This document shows, piece after piece, positions 10,969-21,182 of a stretch of 28,757 bases of DNA; the stretch's first letter is position 1, and each line of letters starts with the position of its first letter. Location of the stretch: sequence record SRR20825006_226; one strand, 5' to 3'. The position numbers were made by a program, and so were the translations under genes. The notes under the pieces were generated by a model, which saw only the letters and a program-made list of their open reading frames with translations, did no database searches and was not told where the DNA came from.

Positions 10969-11964
10969 TTAATTTTTAGGGGTGGTTACTTTAGCGCCAT
11001 TCATTTGTAACTGTAATAGAGGAATTACGCTATTTCCCTTTTCATCGGTAATAATTTTTTGCCCCATTTTAGGAAGAATATCTTCCATCGTTTCTAGGAA
11101 TATCCTAGTTTTTGTTACTTCAGGAGCTTTAATATACTCGGCATATAAATCATTAAATTTTGATACCTCACCTTGTGCTCTATTCACTCTATCAAGTGCA
11201 TAACCTTCCGATTTTTGCACAGTCTCTAGTGACTCCCCTTTTGCTCTTGGAATGATACGATTGTAATCAGCTCTGGCTTGGTTAATCAAAGTTTCACGTT
11301 GCTGTTGAGCCTCGTTTACACCATTAAATGATGGTTTAACTGGGTCTGGTGGGTTTGCATCTTGAAGCACAACCTGCTCAATCTTAATGCCCATTTCGTA
11401 TTCATTACAAATTTCTTGTAAAATGATTTCAACCTGAGTCGCTACTTCTGCACGACCAACAGTGAGCACTTCGTTCACTGTTCTATCACCTACAACCTGG
11501 CGCATTGCAGCTTCCGACACATCTCTCAATGTTTCATCAGCATTCCGAACTTTGAATAAATAATTGTAAGGATTATCAATTCTATATTGCACAACCCATT
11601 CCACATCTCCGAGATTTAAATCTCCAGTTAGCATTAAAGACTCACCTGAATACCCAGCTTTCTTATACTTAGAGTTTATGCCTGATGAAGTAGTTCTGTA
11701 ACCAAACTCTTGCTTCAATTGTCTTTGAACTGGTACATATTCTACCCGATCTATAAAAGGAGCTTTAAAATTTAAGCCTGGTTTTGCTTCGCTAACGTAT
11801 TTGCCAAAGCGCATTATAACGCCTACTTCTTCTGTTTCAACCGTAAAAAAGGATTGAAACGCCATTACAATTACAAATAACCCTATAATTATAGAGCGAA
11901 TATTTTTTGTTATTTTCTCAAACTCTGACGGCACCGTGAAAGAGAAATTTGGATCTTGAGCCAT
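10969..11964 (-). CDS. hflK: FtsH protease modulator HflK (SPFH domain)
   Basis: RFGKYV...PGLNFKAP, MLTGDLN...VEWVVQYRI, PPDPVKPSFNGVNEAQQ, APEVTKTRIFLETME. Confidence 0.93.
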   Translation of the reverse strand: MAQDPNFSFTVPSEFEKITKNIRSIIIGLFVIVMAFQSFFTVETEEVGVIMRFGKYVSEAKPGLNFKAPFIDRVEYVPVQRQLKQEFGYRTTSSGINSKYKKAGYSGESLMLTGDLNLGDVEWVVQYRIDNPYNYLFKVRNADETLRDVSEAAMRQVVGDRTVNEVLTVGRAEVATQVEIILQEICNEYEMGIKIEQVVLQDANPPDPVKPSFNGVNEAQQQRETLINQARADYNRIIPRAKGESLETVQKSEGYALDRVNRAQGEVSKFNDLYAEYIKAPEVTKTRIFLETMEDILPKMGQKIITDEKGNSVIPLLQLQMNGAKVTTPKN

Positions 11965-12008
11965 GTTTTCTTTATTAAATTTTAAAAAGGACTATGCCCT
12001 TTAATTAA

Positions 12009-14585
12009 TTAGACTTTTAAGCAAATAATTGTAGTATCGTCTACAAGTTGATGGTTACTAAATTTAGTAACCGTACGTTTAATTTCTTGGGCAATTTCAT
12101 TAGCAGAAAGATTATCGGTATCAATCCGTTCCACTAAGGCGGGGACTTCATCAAATCCGAAACGTTGCCCTTTTTCGTTTACAGCTTCAGGAAGTCCATC
12201 GGAATATAAGAGAATGAAATCACCTTTTTTCAATTTAAATTCTTGAGATTTATATTCAACCTCAGCTTTTAAGCCTAAGGGCCATCTTGGTTCGGGTGTT
12301 TGAATGAAATCCGCTTTTCCATTGCGTTTTAAAATAGGCTTGCAATGTCCTGCATTTGCTACAGACAATCTCTCTGAAGCCAAATCATAGCGAGCAATAA
12401 CACAAGTGATAAAAGTTCTTTTATCGGTTCGTGCATGAATCGGCTCTGCCACTTCCGACATTATTTGAGCTGGTTCCCCATCTTTCATTTTAGCCAATAG
12501 CAGCCCACTCGTAAAAATAGCTGGCATTGCGGCACGCATTGCCTTACCCGACACATCAACCACAACCATGGTAAGTGCTTTAGGGTTCCCATCTGCATCT
12601 TTACTTAATACATAATCAAAATAGTCGCCCCCAACTTCAAACGAAGGTAGAAAAAATCCATACACATCAAATCCGTCAGCCTTTGGGGGCTGAAGTGGCA
12701 TTAGCTTGTATTGGCTTTCGCGAGCAATCTCAATCTCTTTTTCTACCCTTAAATGTTGTGATATTCTCTCTTCATATTCGGGGATGTATTCTCCAGCTTC
12801 AGCAATAGGAGTTCCATATAAGTAAGCAATTATTCCAAAACTAAGGTAAGCTAGTACCATTGCAATTTGTACCCAGGAAACAAAGGCTAATTCTATACTT
12901 GGAGAACCCCAATAAGCAGAAACCATATAGGTAACTACAAAAAGCCACCAGCCTGTCGCAACTGTTAGTATGCCATACTTCCGGTAAGCAAAAATGGTAA
13001 TTAACGAAATAGGTAAGAAAATGAGATAATCGTCCGTAAATCCGCCACTAGTTCCTTGTAATCGCACTAACAACACTAGAAATGCAGTGCTCAATAGAAT
13101 TGATAATAAAAGAACGATACTTTTCTTTTTAATCCATTGATTAAAAGCGGAGTAAACCAGCGCTATTTGAACAATAACAACAAGCCAAGTACTTGTCCAA
13201 GCATTCAAATTCAAAGTAAGGAGCTTATAGCTATTGCCTGCTTCTGAAAACCCGTATTGGCTATCGTATTGGAAGTAATAGCTACCCATTACATAAACGG
13301 CTAGTGCAAATACGCCAATAACTAACCCACCTAATCCAAAACCGTGCAGTATCCCAGCACCAGTTTCTCTCATGAAAAATCTACGCTGCCAAACGGCATC
13401 TATAATTGCAACTTGGGGATGATTTTGGGATCTAGCAAGCGCCTCCCAACTTACATAAGCCATGGCTAAATAAAGCCCACCAGCAACACTTGATAGAAGT
13501 ACATTCACTGAAATCAGGAAAATACTTGTTGTTCCTAAAAACGAGATATAAGTCTCCGTATAGAATATGGCCGTCCATGCAAATAACCCCGTGGAGACTA
13601 CCGCAAATATCAACAATACTCTACGCCACTCAACTTTTCCTCTAAATATGTTTTGAATTCCAATCGAGAAGCTCATTACAGCAAGAAAGAGCAATGCAAT
13701 CACCATAAGTATAGATGATAAAATACTCTCCGCTTCATTTGCTTCTCTTTCTTCGGGCGAGTCATCAATTAATTCAAATTCATTCTTTGCAGAAAAAGAA
13801 TTCAGTTTGTAACCAAACTCAGTTTTAAAATTCCCTGCTGCTCCCGACTCTCTAACAAAAGGTTCTAATTTTAAAGAAAGCATTACAGGCATTTCAGCTT
13901 TATTAGCTTTTGATTTCCACTTTAACTCAAAGCTCTTACTGTTAGCGTCTTTTTCACTTTCTACACTACCTATAGTTGTTTGGCCTTCATCAACTAGAGG
14001 TTCTGTACTCTCGTCCGAAGAGTCAATCTGATCATAATCTTCTAAATTATAGCCTAATATTGACTCTACAACATTTCGAGCAATACCTTGAAGCGACTCT
14101 CCTGTCAAAAATGTCGGATTAGCTCTTTTCGGATTCTCAGAAACTTGGATAATTCGTCCATTATTCGTAGTCCGAAATTTCAACAGGCCATTACTTGAGA
14201 ATAATTTATCAGATTCTACAATAATATCATTCGCTTCAACTTGAACACCAACAATGGTATTCCACGTTTTAAGGTGTCCCCCACTTGCATTAACTTCTTT
14301 TGGGGAAATGTCGCTCCCAAGAGTATCTCTCAGTTTATCGAAATACTTGGTATTCTGTTTCAATTCCGACATTACTTCAAGGCTGTCGAAAGAGAAGCCT
14401 AGTGCAGAAGCTAATTTTTCTATCCTAAGTTCAACTTGTGCTCTGCTTTCAGAAATGGGTGATGCGGCATTAAAATCGACTATTGGTTTTAGGAACAAAA
14501 ACCCAATAAACCCAATAATCCCAATCGTAAAAAGTATATATGAATGTCTGTTAATCAAAATTTCCGAACTAGCCCTTTTACTCAA
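12009..14585 (-). CDS. Polytopic membrane PP2C/SpoIIE-family (RsbU-like) phosphatase
   Basis: Extracytoplasmic N-region, many TM helices, C-terminal EVGGDYFD, DVSGK, NAGH, YSDGLPEA, DDTT motifs. Confidence 0.88.
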   Translation of the reverse strand: MSKRASSEILINRHSYILFTIGIIGFIGFLFLKPIVDFNAASPISESRAQVELRIEKLASALGFSFDSLEVMSELKQNTKYFDKLRDTLGSDISPKEVNASGGHLKTWNTIVGVQVEANDIIVESDKLFSSNGLLKFRTTNNGRIIQVSENPKRANPTFLTGESLQGIARNVVESILGYNLEDYDQIDSSDESTEPLVDEGQTTIGSVESEKDANSKSFELKWKSKANKAEMPVMLSLKLEPFVRESGAAGNFKTEFGYKLNSFSAKNEFELIDDSPEEREANEAESILSSILMVIALLFLAVMSFSIGIQNIFRGKVEWRRVLLIFAVVSTGLFAWTAIFYTETYISFLGTTSIFLISVNVLLSSVAGGLYLAMAYVSWEALARSQNHPQVAIIDAVWQRRFFMRETGAGILHGFGLGGLVIGVFALAVYVMGSYYFQYDSQYGFSEAGNSYKLLTLNLNAWTSTWLVVIVQIALVYSAFNQWIKKKSIVLLLSILLSTAFLVLLVRLQGTSGGFTDDYLIFLPISLITIFAYRKYGILTVATGWWLFVVTYMVSAYWGSPSIELAFVSWVQIAMVLAYLSFGIIAYLYGTPIAEAGEYIPEYEERISQHLRVEKEIEIARESQYKLMPLQPPKADGFDVYGFFLPSFEVGGDYFDYVLSKDADGNPKALTMVVVDVSGKAMRAAMPAIFTSGLLLAKMKDGEPAQIMSEVAEPIHARTDKRTFITCVIARYDLASERLSVANAGHCKPILKRNGKADFIQTPEPRWPLGLKAEVEYKSQEFKLKKGDFILLYSDGLPEAVNEKGQRFGFDEVPALVERIDTDNLSANEIAQEIKRTVTKFSNHQLVDDTTIICLKV

Positions 14586-14796
14586 TTTAGAGAGTTTGCA
14601 ATTATTTATAGCAAATCAAACTACGGTTTTTTTTCTCGTTTGTTGCTCTATTTCCACATTATTTAAAACTTTGTTATTCTTGCGCTATAAACATGTATAA
14701 TCTTAAAAAGATTACTAATTACGTACGTAACATCAAACCTCATTTTAGTCAATACAGCTAATTTGGTTTACATTGTGCCACTAGTCAAACTTTATG

Positions 14797-14804
14797 TAAC
14801 TTTG
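14797..14804 (+). promoter_or_regulatory. Candidate Bacteroidota-type -7 promoter element (TAnnTTTG) for mscS
   Basis: TAACTTTG about 35 nt upstream of the mscS ATG. Confidence 0.4.
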
Positions 14805-14839
14805 GGCAAATATAAAGATTTAGCTTAACTCAAGGATTT

Positions 14840-16531
14840 ATGCGCACTCGATTTTTTCTAAAAGTCTGTATTACACTCATCTTTTTTTCCATACCTATCT
14901 CGGCCCTCAGTTTTCAGGATACTCAAAGAAATCGTACAGACAATTTATCAAGCCCACGAAAGACTGTACACACCTTTTTGTACTGGCAACAAAAAGGGCA
15001 TCTTAATTTGGAACTTTCTGCCTCTACGATGAAGATTTCGGATCAGCCCATTGAAGAGCGAATCCAACTGGCTAAAAGTCTATTAAGGGTGTTAGATGCA
15101 AAAGGTTTACTGATTGATTATTCATCCATACCTGATTCTAAGGACTATGTAGACTCATTATCTGGAATGCAAGAATACACCCTCTTCAATCAACTCTCTG
15201 ATGTTTATTTAGTTAAAAAAGATAATGAATGGGTTTTTTCTGGATCCACTATAAATGAAATCCCAGTACTCTACGCCGCAACATTTTCCACTTTAGTTGA
15301 GTCGCTTGTAGATCGCTTACCAGAGTGGACCAAAGAAGAATGGCTGGGCATTGAGGTTTGGCAATATTTAGCCGTTTTTTGCTGGATTCTTATTGGTTTG
15401 ATCTTCCGCAAAATTTTCGAATTTATTCTCGATAATTATATTCGAAAAATTACAACCCGAACAAATTTCAGTTGGGATGATGATTTACTAGATGGATTAG
15501 AGCGACCTATTGGCTTTATTTTCTTGATGGTATTTTATATGGCTAGCTATACTAATTTACAACTCACAGCTACTTTAAACTATTACCTATCTACTATTCT
15601 TGAGATTGCGACTTCCGTAGGATTCATTTGGTTATTCTATAATCTATCAGATGTATTCACGAAGTATCTGGCTGTATTAACCGCTAAAACAGATACCAAA
15701 TTAGACGATCAACTCGTCCCTCTAATCCGAAAAACTCTTCGCTTTTTTGTGATTTTTATGGGCATCATTATCATCTTGCAAAATAATGGTTACAACGTAG
15801 CTTCACTAATTGCAGGTTTAGGAATTGGTGGGCTTGCCGTTGCGTTAGCAGCCCGTGATACATTAGCTAATTTCTTTGGCTCAGTAACCATTTTTGTAGA
15901 TAAACCTTTCAGAATTGGAGATTGGATTAAAGTTGGCGACGTAGAAGGAACTGTTGAGGAAGTTGGTTTTCGTTCAACCAGAGTTCGAACCTTTTATAAC
16001 TCTCTGGTGAGTGTGCCAAACTCGAACGTGGCAAATACTGATATTGATAATTTAGGACTCCGCGAATACAGAAGGTTAAAAACCGTACTTAACCTCACGT
16101 ACTCAACATCTCCTGAACAGCTAGAAGCTTTTGTTGAGGGGATAAAAGCAATTGTTAAGTCAAATAATCACTTTCGACAAGACTTTTACGAAGTACACTT
16201 CAACTCTTTTGGTGCACACTCTCTAGATGTGTTAGTGTATGTATTTTTCAAGGTCCCAGATTGGAGCACCGAGCTTCAGCAACGCCATAACTTCCTATTA
16301 GAAGTACTTAGACTTGCAAAAGAAGTGGGCGTTGAGTTTGCGTTTCCAACTCAGACACTTCATGTTGATTCTCACTTCCAACAAGAACCTCGCAAGGTGG
16401 GTGAAGAACGTACAGAAGAAGAACTTGCTACTGCCGTATTCGAATTTGGCCCAAATGGATCAAAAGGAAAACCCGAGGGACTTAAGATTTACAAGGATGG
16501 CAAAGAAGTAAATTTTGGGAGTTCAGAATAA
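14840..16531 (+). CDS. mscS: MscS-family mechanosensitive channel with periplasmic N-terminal extension
   Basis: Signal peptide; SLIAGLGIGGLAVALAARDTLANFFGS, DKPFRIGDWI, GTVEEVGFRSTRVRT, EFAFPTQTLH. Confidence 0.92.
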   Translation: MRTRFFLKVCITLIFFSIPISALSFQDTQRNRTDNLSSPRKTVHTFLYWQQKGHLNLELSASTMKISDQPIEERIQLAKSLLRVLDAKGLLIDYSSIPDSKDYVDSLSGMQEYTLFNQLSDVYLVKKDNEWVFSGSTINEIPVLYAATFSTLVESLVDRLPEWTKEEWLGIEVWQYLAVFCWILIGLIFRKIFEFILDNYIRKITTRTNFSWDDDLLDGLERPIGFIFLMVFYMASYTNLQLTATLNYYLSTILEIATSVGFIWLFYNLSDVFTKYLAVLTAKTDTKLDDQLVPLIRKTLRFFVIFMGIIIILQNNGYNVASLIAGLGIGGLAVALAARDTLANFFGSVTIFVDKPFRIGDWIKVGDVEGTVEEVGFRSTRVRTFYNSLVSVPNSNVANTDIDNLGLREYRRLKTVLNLTYSTSPEQLEAFVEGIKAIVKSNNHFRQDFYEVHFNSFGAHSLDVLVYVFFKVPDWSTELQQRHNFLLEVLRLAKEVGVEFAFPTQTLHVDSHFQQEPRKVGEERTEEELATAVFEFGPNGSKGKPEGLKIYKDGKEVNFGSSE

Positions 16532-16548
16532 TTTCTAATTTTGTAAGA

Positions 16549-17094
16549 ATGAGTACTTCAGCTAAGCTAGTCTTATTATCGATTTGTTTATTTTCTTGCA
16601 CCAATACTGCGAACATAGATTCAAACAAAGTAGCAGAGATTATTGATATAAGAGTTTATTCGAACGATAAGCTTGTGATTAATGGAGAGGGAAGTTCTTT
16701 TTATATACTGTCTAATACACTAGAAAGTATTGATAGTGATGAAAAAACTATCATCCGAATCTTTTTCAATGAAAATGCTTCTTTCTACCTTTTGAAGGAC
16801 ATTCAGAGCTTTTTTAATAAAAAGGACGCCAGTAAAATTACTACAAAAATATTTTCGACTAAGGAAATGAGCGACCATTTTAGTTCTCATTCTTATATCG
16901 ATTTACTTGCAGATAATTCGATATTATTCAATGGCCATAAAATACATATAGAGGATTTAGAAACAGCGCTGAGTTCATATAAAAATAACAGCACCAATGT
17001 TTTGTTATCGATAAACGATAGGACAATAATAGGTACCGTTTTTGATGTACAGAGAAAGATTTCTCATCATGATTTCAACATTATATATATGTAA
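16549..17094 (+). CDS. Lipoprotein with two ExbD/TolR-like periplasmic repeats
   Basis: Lipobox LFSC; two similar halves (KLVING...LSNTL...DIQ and SILFNG...LETAL...GTVFDVQ) resembling the ExbD C-terminal domain. Confidence 0.55.
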   Translation: MSTSAKLVLLSICLFSCTNTANIDSNKVAEIIDIRVYSNDKLVINGEGSSFYILSNTLESIDSDEKTIIRIFFNENASFYLLKDIQSFFNKKDASKITTKIFSTKEMSDHFSSHSYIDLLADNSILFNGHKIHIEDLETALSSYKNNSTNVLLSINDRTIIGTVFDVQRKISHHDFNIIYM

Positions 17095-17127
17095 TCAATC
17101 CTTTACTAAAGCTTAATTTTTTGATAT

Positions 17128-17161
17128 AAAAAAACCCTGTACTTGTTTAAATACAGGGTTT
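17128..17161. terminator. Terminator between convergent genes (U-tract on - strand)
   Basis: AAACCCTGTA/TACAGGGTTT perfect 10-bp stem (17132-17141/17152-17161) with A-run on the left. Confidence 0.8.
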
Positions 17162-17181
17162 AAATTTTATAAAAGAAGAAC

Positions 17182-17628
17182 TTATTTCTCTTCTTCCTTT
17201 TTAGCAAAAGCGTCAAAAACCATTTTTAAATCGTTAGCTACATCTTGGCTAGATCGTCCTTCAATGCGATGGCGTGGAATAAGTGCTTTAATCTCTCCAT
17301 CAACAAAATATGCAAATGCTGGTGAAGATGGTGGATACTCACTAAAGTAAGCTCTAGCATGTGCCGTAGCGTCTTTATCTTGCCCAGCAAATACCGTTAC
17401 CATATGGTCTGGTTTTGCTTCGGATTCTTCAAGAGCAATTCCTAAACCAGGGCGCGCATTACCAGCGGCACATCCACACACTGAATTGATTGCCAAAAGC
17501 ATCGTGCCTTTGTACTCTTTCATTGCGCGATCAACATCTTCTGTTGTTTTTAATTCCTCTACACCAAATTGGGTGAGTTCTTCTCGCATCCAACTAGTGT
17601 CCGGGCCTACTCCAAAACCAAACTGCAT
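17182..17628 (-). CDS. BrxA/BrxB family bacilliredoxin (YphP/YqiW-like)
   Basis: NSVCGCAAGNARP (CGC motif), TVFAGQDKDAT, PPSSP, PRHRIEGR. Confidence 0.92.
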   Translation of the reverse strand: MQFGFGVGPDTSWMREELTQFGVEELKTTEDVDRAMKEYKGTMLLAINSVCGCAAGNARPGLGIALEESEAKPDHMVTVFAGQDKDATAHARAYFSEYPPSSPAFAYFVDGEIKALIPRHRIEGRSSQDVANDLKMVFDAFAKKEEEK

Positions 17629-17760
17629 GGCGTTCTCCTTTTTTTAATTTCTCTAAATTTAAAAACTATTCTGTTCAAAAATTCTGTGGCTAACAACAAA
17701 TGACAAACTCTGACATTTTGGTCGTCAAAGCTTGCCACAAACGTTGCCAAATTTTATTGT

Positions 17761-18369
17761 TTACTTAGCTGCTTTGTAATACTCGCTTGCTTGATCCCAA
17801 TTTACAACATTCCAAAATGCAGTAATATAGTCAGGACGGCGATTTTGGTAATTCAAGTAATACGCATGTTCCCAAACATCTAGGCCAAGAACAGGTGTTA
17901 AGCCATCCATTAATGGACTGTCTTGGTTTGGTGTAGAATGAACTTTAAGGTTTCCACCGCCATCTACAGAAAGCCATGCCCAACCTGAACCAAAACGTGT
18001 TGCTGCAGCTTTTGCAAAAGCTTCTTTAAAAGCATCAAAACTTCCAAATGTAGCTGTAATTGCTTCTGCTAGCTCGCCAGAAGGCTGTCCGCCACCATTT
18101 GGAGAAAGAATAGTCCAAAACAATTTATGGTTAGCATAGCCACCACCGTTATTAATAACAGCTTGTTTTTTTTCTTCTGGCACTTCATTAATACGCCCAA
18201 GTACTTCTTCAATTTCTAGGTCTGCAAAAGTGTGACCTTCGAGTGCTGCATTAACATTATTTGTATAACCTTGGTGGTGCTTTGTATGGTGAATTTCCAT
18301 CGTACGGGCATCAAAATTTGGTTCTAACGCGTCGTAAGCATATGGAAGTTCTGGTAATGAATAAGCCAT
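17761..18369 (-). CDS. sodA: Fe/Mn superoxide dismutase, probably Mn-type
   Basis: [48 protein letters not shown]. Confidence 0.93.
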   Translation of the reverse strand: MAYSLPELPYAYDALEPNFDARTMEIHHTKHHQGYTNNVNAALEGHTFADLEIEEVLGRINEVPEEKKQAVINNGGGYANHKLFWTILSPNGGGQPSGELAEAITATFGSFDAFKEAFAKAAATRFGSGWAWLSVDGGGNLKVHSTPNQDSPLMDGLTPVLGLDVWEHAYYLNYQNRRPDYITAFWNVVNWDQASEYYKAAK

Positions 18370-18591
18370 GTTTTTCCTCTTTTAATTTATTATTTGCTTT
18401 ATCTAGACATCAACAAAAATGATGCCATTCTTAATTCTCTTCTAATTTAAGCATTGCTCGCATTAAAATCGTTCATATACCTATCTAAAGAATCTATCTT
18501 TGATATTTGTTAACACTATGACAGAATAGAAGTCTGTATTAGGATAAAAAATGAAGTATCTTCAGAGCTTACTCACTCACAATCCCGATTT

Positions 18592-20043
18592 ATGAAGTAC
18601 GATTACGACGTTATTATTTTAGGCAGCGGTCCTGCTGGTTTTTCTTGCGCAATGCAAGCTTCGAAGTTTGACAAAAAAGCACTTATTATTGAAGCGAACG
18701 AAGAATATCTAGGGGGATCTTGGATTAACTCAGGAACTGTTCCTAGCAAGGCGCTACGCGAGACAGCACGCATCATTCAGCGTTATCAGAATCAATTTCC
18801 TAACGAGGCAAAAGTAAAGCCTTATGTTAATTATGAAATGGATGACCTTCTTTCTTATAAGAATAATATTCTCATTGAAAAGAACAAAAAACTAGCTCAA
18901 GATCTTAAAAAGAATGAGATCGATACCTTTCATGGTTTTGGTACACTTTTAGATAATAACACAGTTGAAGTTGCAACCAAAGATGGTAAAAAGAAAAAGT
19001 TTACGGCTGAATTTATTCTACTTTCAACTGGTAGCCACGCACAACCTCCTGTTGGCTTTGATGTAGACCACAACAAAGTTCTAGACTATTCTTCGATTCT
19101 TTCTTTAACTCATATTCCGCGTAGACTTGTAATTATTGGAAGCGGTGTGAACGCTTTAGAATATGCAACTACATTTTCCAGTTTGGGAACTCGTGTTACT
19201 ATCCTAAATGAAAATGAGACTTTTTTACCATGGCTTGACCATGAGATTACTGAACAGCTTAACCAAGTATTGAGCAACAACAAGATTGAAGTCCTCAAAC
19301 TTGTAGAAAACATCACTATTCTAGAGAACGATCTTAGAAACACCACAGAAGTTAAGTACTCTTTTAAGGATGATACAGAGAAAGGTCGCCAATACGTTTT
19401 AGAAACAGAACACGCCTTATATCTTGGTAAAAAATTACCCAATACACACAAGCTTGGTTTAAAAAATGTTGCTATTGATGTTGATGAGGAAGCGTTTGTA
19501 CCCGTAAATAAGGACATGCAAACCTCTACCTCTAATATTTATGCAGCAGGCGATATTATCGGTTTTCCGCGTTTAGCCTCAGCATCATTTTCGCAAGGTA
19601 GAATTGCTGCTTGCCGAATGTTTGGTATTAAAGCTCAAGATGTGCCAGAAGTTATCCCTTATGGCATCTATTCCATCCCTGAAATTGCTAACGTTGGGCT
19701 AACAGAAAATGAAGCTATTGCACAAGGACTTAATGTTACCGTTGGTCGTGCTTACTACAAGAACATTACGCAAGGTGATATAAGCAACCAACAAACTGGA
19801 TTGCTCAAAATCGTTTTTGATACCGATTCTTTACAGCTAATAGGAATCCATATTATTGGAGAACGAGCTAGCGACCTCATCCATTTGGGGCAAGCAGTAA
19901 TGACCCTTGGTGGAGATATTCGATATTTCGTTAATCATATATTGAATTATCCAACCTATAGCGAGGCTTATCGAATTGCAGCTTTTAACGGGTTAAATCG
20001 CGTGCATAAAGCAGGTATTAAATACAAAAAATTGCTTAAGTAG
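18592..20043 (+). CDS. sthA: Soluble (Si-specific) pyridine nucleotide transhydrogenase
   Basis: GSGPAG FAD motif, GTVPSKALRE, IYAAGDIIGFPRLASAS..QGR, GIYSIPEI, C-terminal NYPTYSEAYRIAAFNGLNR signature. Confidence 0.88.
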   Translation: MKYDYDVIILGSGPAGFSCAMQASKFDKKALIIEANEEYLGGSWINSGTVPSKALRETARIIQRYQNQFPNEAKVKPYVNYEMDDLLSYKNNILIEKNKKLAQDLKKNEIDTFHGFGTLLDNNTVEVATKDGKKKKFTAEFILLSTGSHAQPPVGFDVDHNKVLDYSSILSLTHIPRRLVIIGSGVNALEYATTFSSLGTRVTILNENETFLPWLDHEITEQLNQVLSNNKIEVLKLVENITILENDLRNTTEVKYSFKDDTEKGRQYVLETEHALYLGKKLPNTHKLGLKNVAIDVDEEAFVPVNKDMQTSTSNIYAAGDIIGFPRLASASFSQGRIAACRMFGIKAQDVPEVIPYGIYSIPEIANVGLTENEAIAQGLNVTVGRAYYKNITQGDISNQQTGLLKIVFDTDSLQLIGIHIIGERASDLIHLGQAVMTLGGDIRYFVNHILNYPTYSEAYRIAAFNGLNRVHKAGIKYKKLLK

Positions 20044-20052
20044 AAATTTTAT

Positions 20053-20082
20053 AAGCTGTGGCAAATCCCGCAGCTTTTTTTT
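20053..20082 (+). terminator. Rho-independent terminator of sthA
   Basis: AAGCTGTGG/CCGCAGCTT stem followed by T-run, 10 nt after the stop. Confidence 0.85.
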
Positions 20083-20350
20083 GTCCATATTTTAATAACC
20101 TAGCTTAACTCTTTCAGAGTGGTCATTTTTCAATAGTATAAATTTGTTCGGTACCAACTCTAGAAGAATTTGATAATGACTCATACCATCCTAGCTCGTC
20201 TGTCTTGCCTAACGCAAAAGCGAAACACTTGCACTAGTTTTTAGGGTTAGGTTAAGATACATTTCCGGATATCATTCAATGATTACCTACGCCACCATGT
20301 TTAGCTTAATTCCAAAATCTCGTTACTTCAAATAAAATCAGACGCTCAGT

Positions 20351-20722
20351 ATGTTAGCAAAAGGAACTTTCGATATTAAATTAAATCCGATACCAGACGA
20401 TGTTCCTCCAGTTGGAAGAATGATTATTTCTAAAGAATATTCGGGTGATATGGTTGGAACTGGTTTTGGTCAAATGATTAGTAAAAGAACAGCTTCAGGT
20501 ACTGCTGTCTATTCGGCGATAGAAGAGTTTGAAGGAACTGTCAACGGCAAAAAAGGGAGCTTCACTTTTTTGCATATTGGGGAAATGTCTAGTTCGCATC
20601 AATCACTTGAGATTACGATAGTAGCTGGATCTGGGACAAGTGAATTTGAGGGTATTTCTGGATCTATATCTATAGAACAAGAAAATAGCTCTCATTCTTA
20701 TGAGCTTGATTACAGTTTGTAG
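20351..20722 (+). CDS. DUF3224 family protein
   Basis: AKGTFDIKL, K.YSGD..G, YSAIEEFEGTVNGKKGSF..LH.G, IV.GSGT.E..GISG, HSYELDY pattern. Confidence 0.85.
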   Translation: MLAKGTFDIKLNPIPDDVPPVGRMIISKEYSGDMVGTGFGQMISKRTASGTAVYSAIEEFEGTVNGKKGSFTFLHIGEMSSSHQSLEITIVAGSGTSEFEGISGSISIEQENSSHSYELDYSL

Positions 20723-20948
20723 GAGTTCATACTTTTCTCATTCTATATTTAAGAGATTTGGTTAAGTCCAACAATTAGCAAACTAGCAATTGCCAAATAT
20801 GTACAATCGTTTTTTACTACCAAATTCTTTATCAACTTCTATTAGGGAATTTCGGCAAGAAGCGAGACCTTTACTTATTGCTTGTTTCTTTAATGCCATC
20901 TAAAAATAAGGCGTTTGAAGTGATAAGAATTCAACCACCATTATTTTT

Positions 20949-21182
20949 ATGAAACTACTAGTACTAAATCTTACCCGAAGCATTAAAGAAAATGAGATCA
21001 AAGCTCTCTTTGAGAAATATGGCACGGTGGAAAGCTGTGATTTGGTTTTAGATAAAAGCACACGTAAGTCCAAAGGTTTTGCCTTTGTGGAAATGCCTGT
21101 CGAAGATGAAGCCAATGTAGCTATCAAAGAATTGCATGGCAAAAAAGTTGTTAATCATTCCATAAAAGTAAAACCAGCTTAG
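20949..21182 (+). CDS. Single-RRM RNA-binding protein
   Basis: 77 aa; RNP1 KGFAFVEM, RNP2-like LLVLNL, LFEKYGTVES, AIKELHGK. Confidence 0.92.
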   Translation: MKLLVLNLTRSIKENEIKALFEKYGTVESCDLVLDKSTRKSKGFAFVEMPVEDEANVAIKELHGKKVVNHSIKVKPA

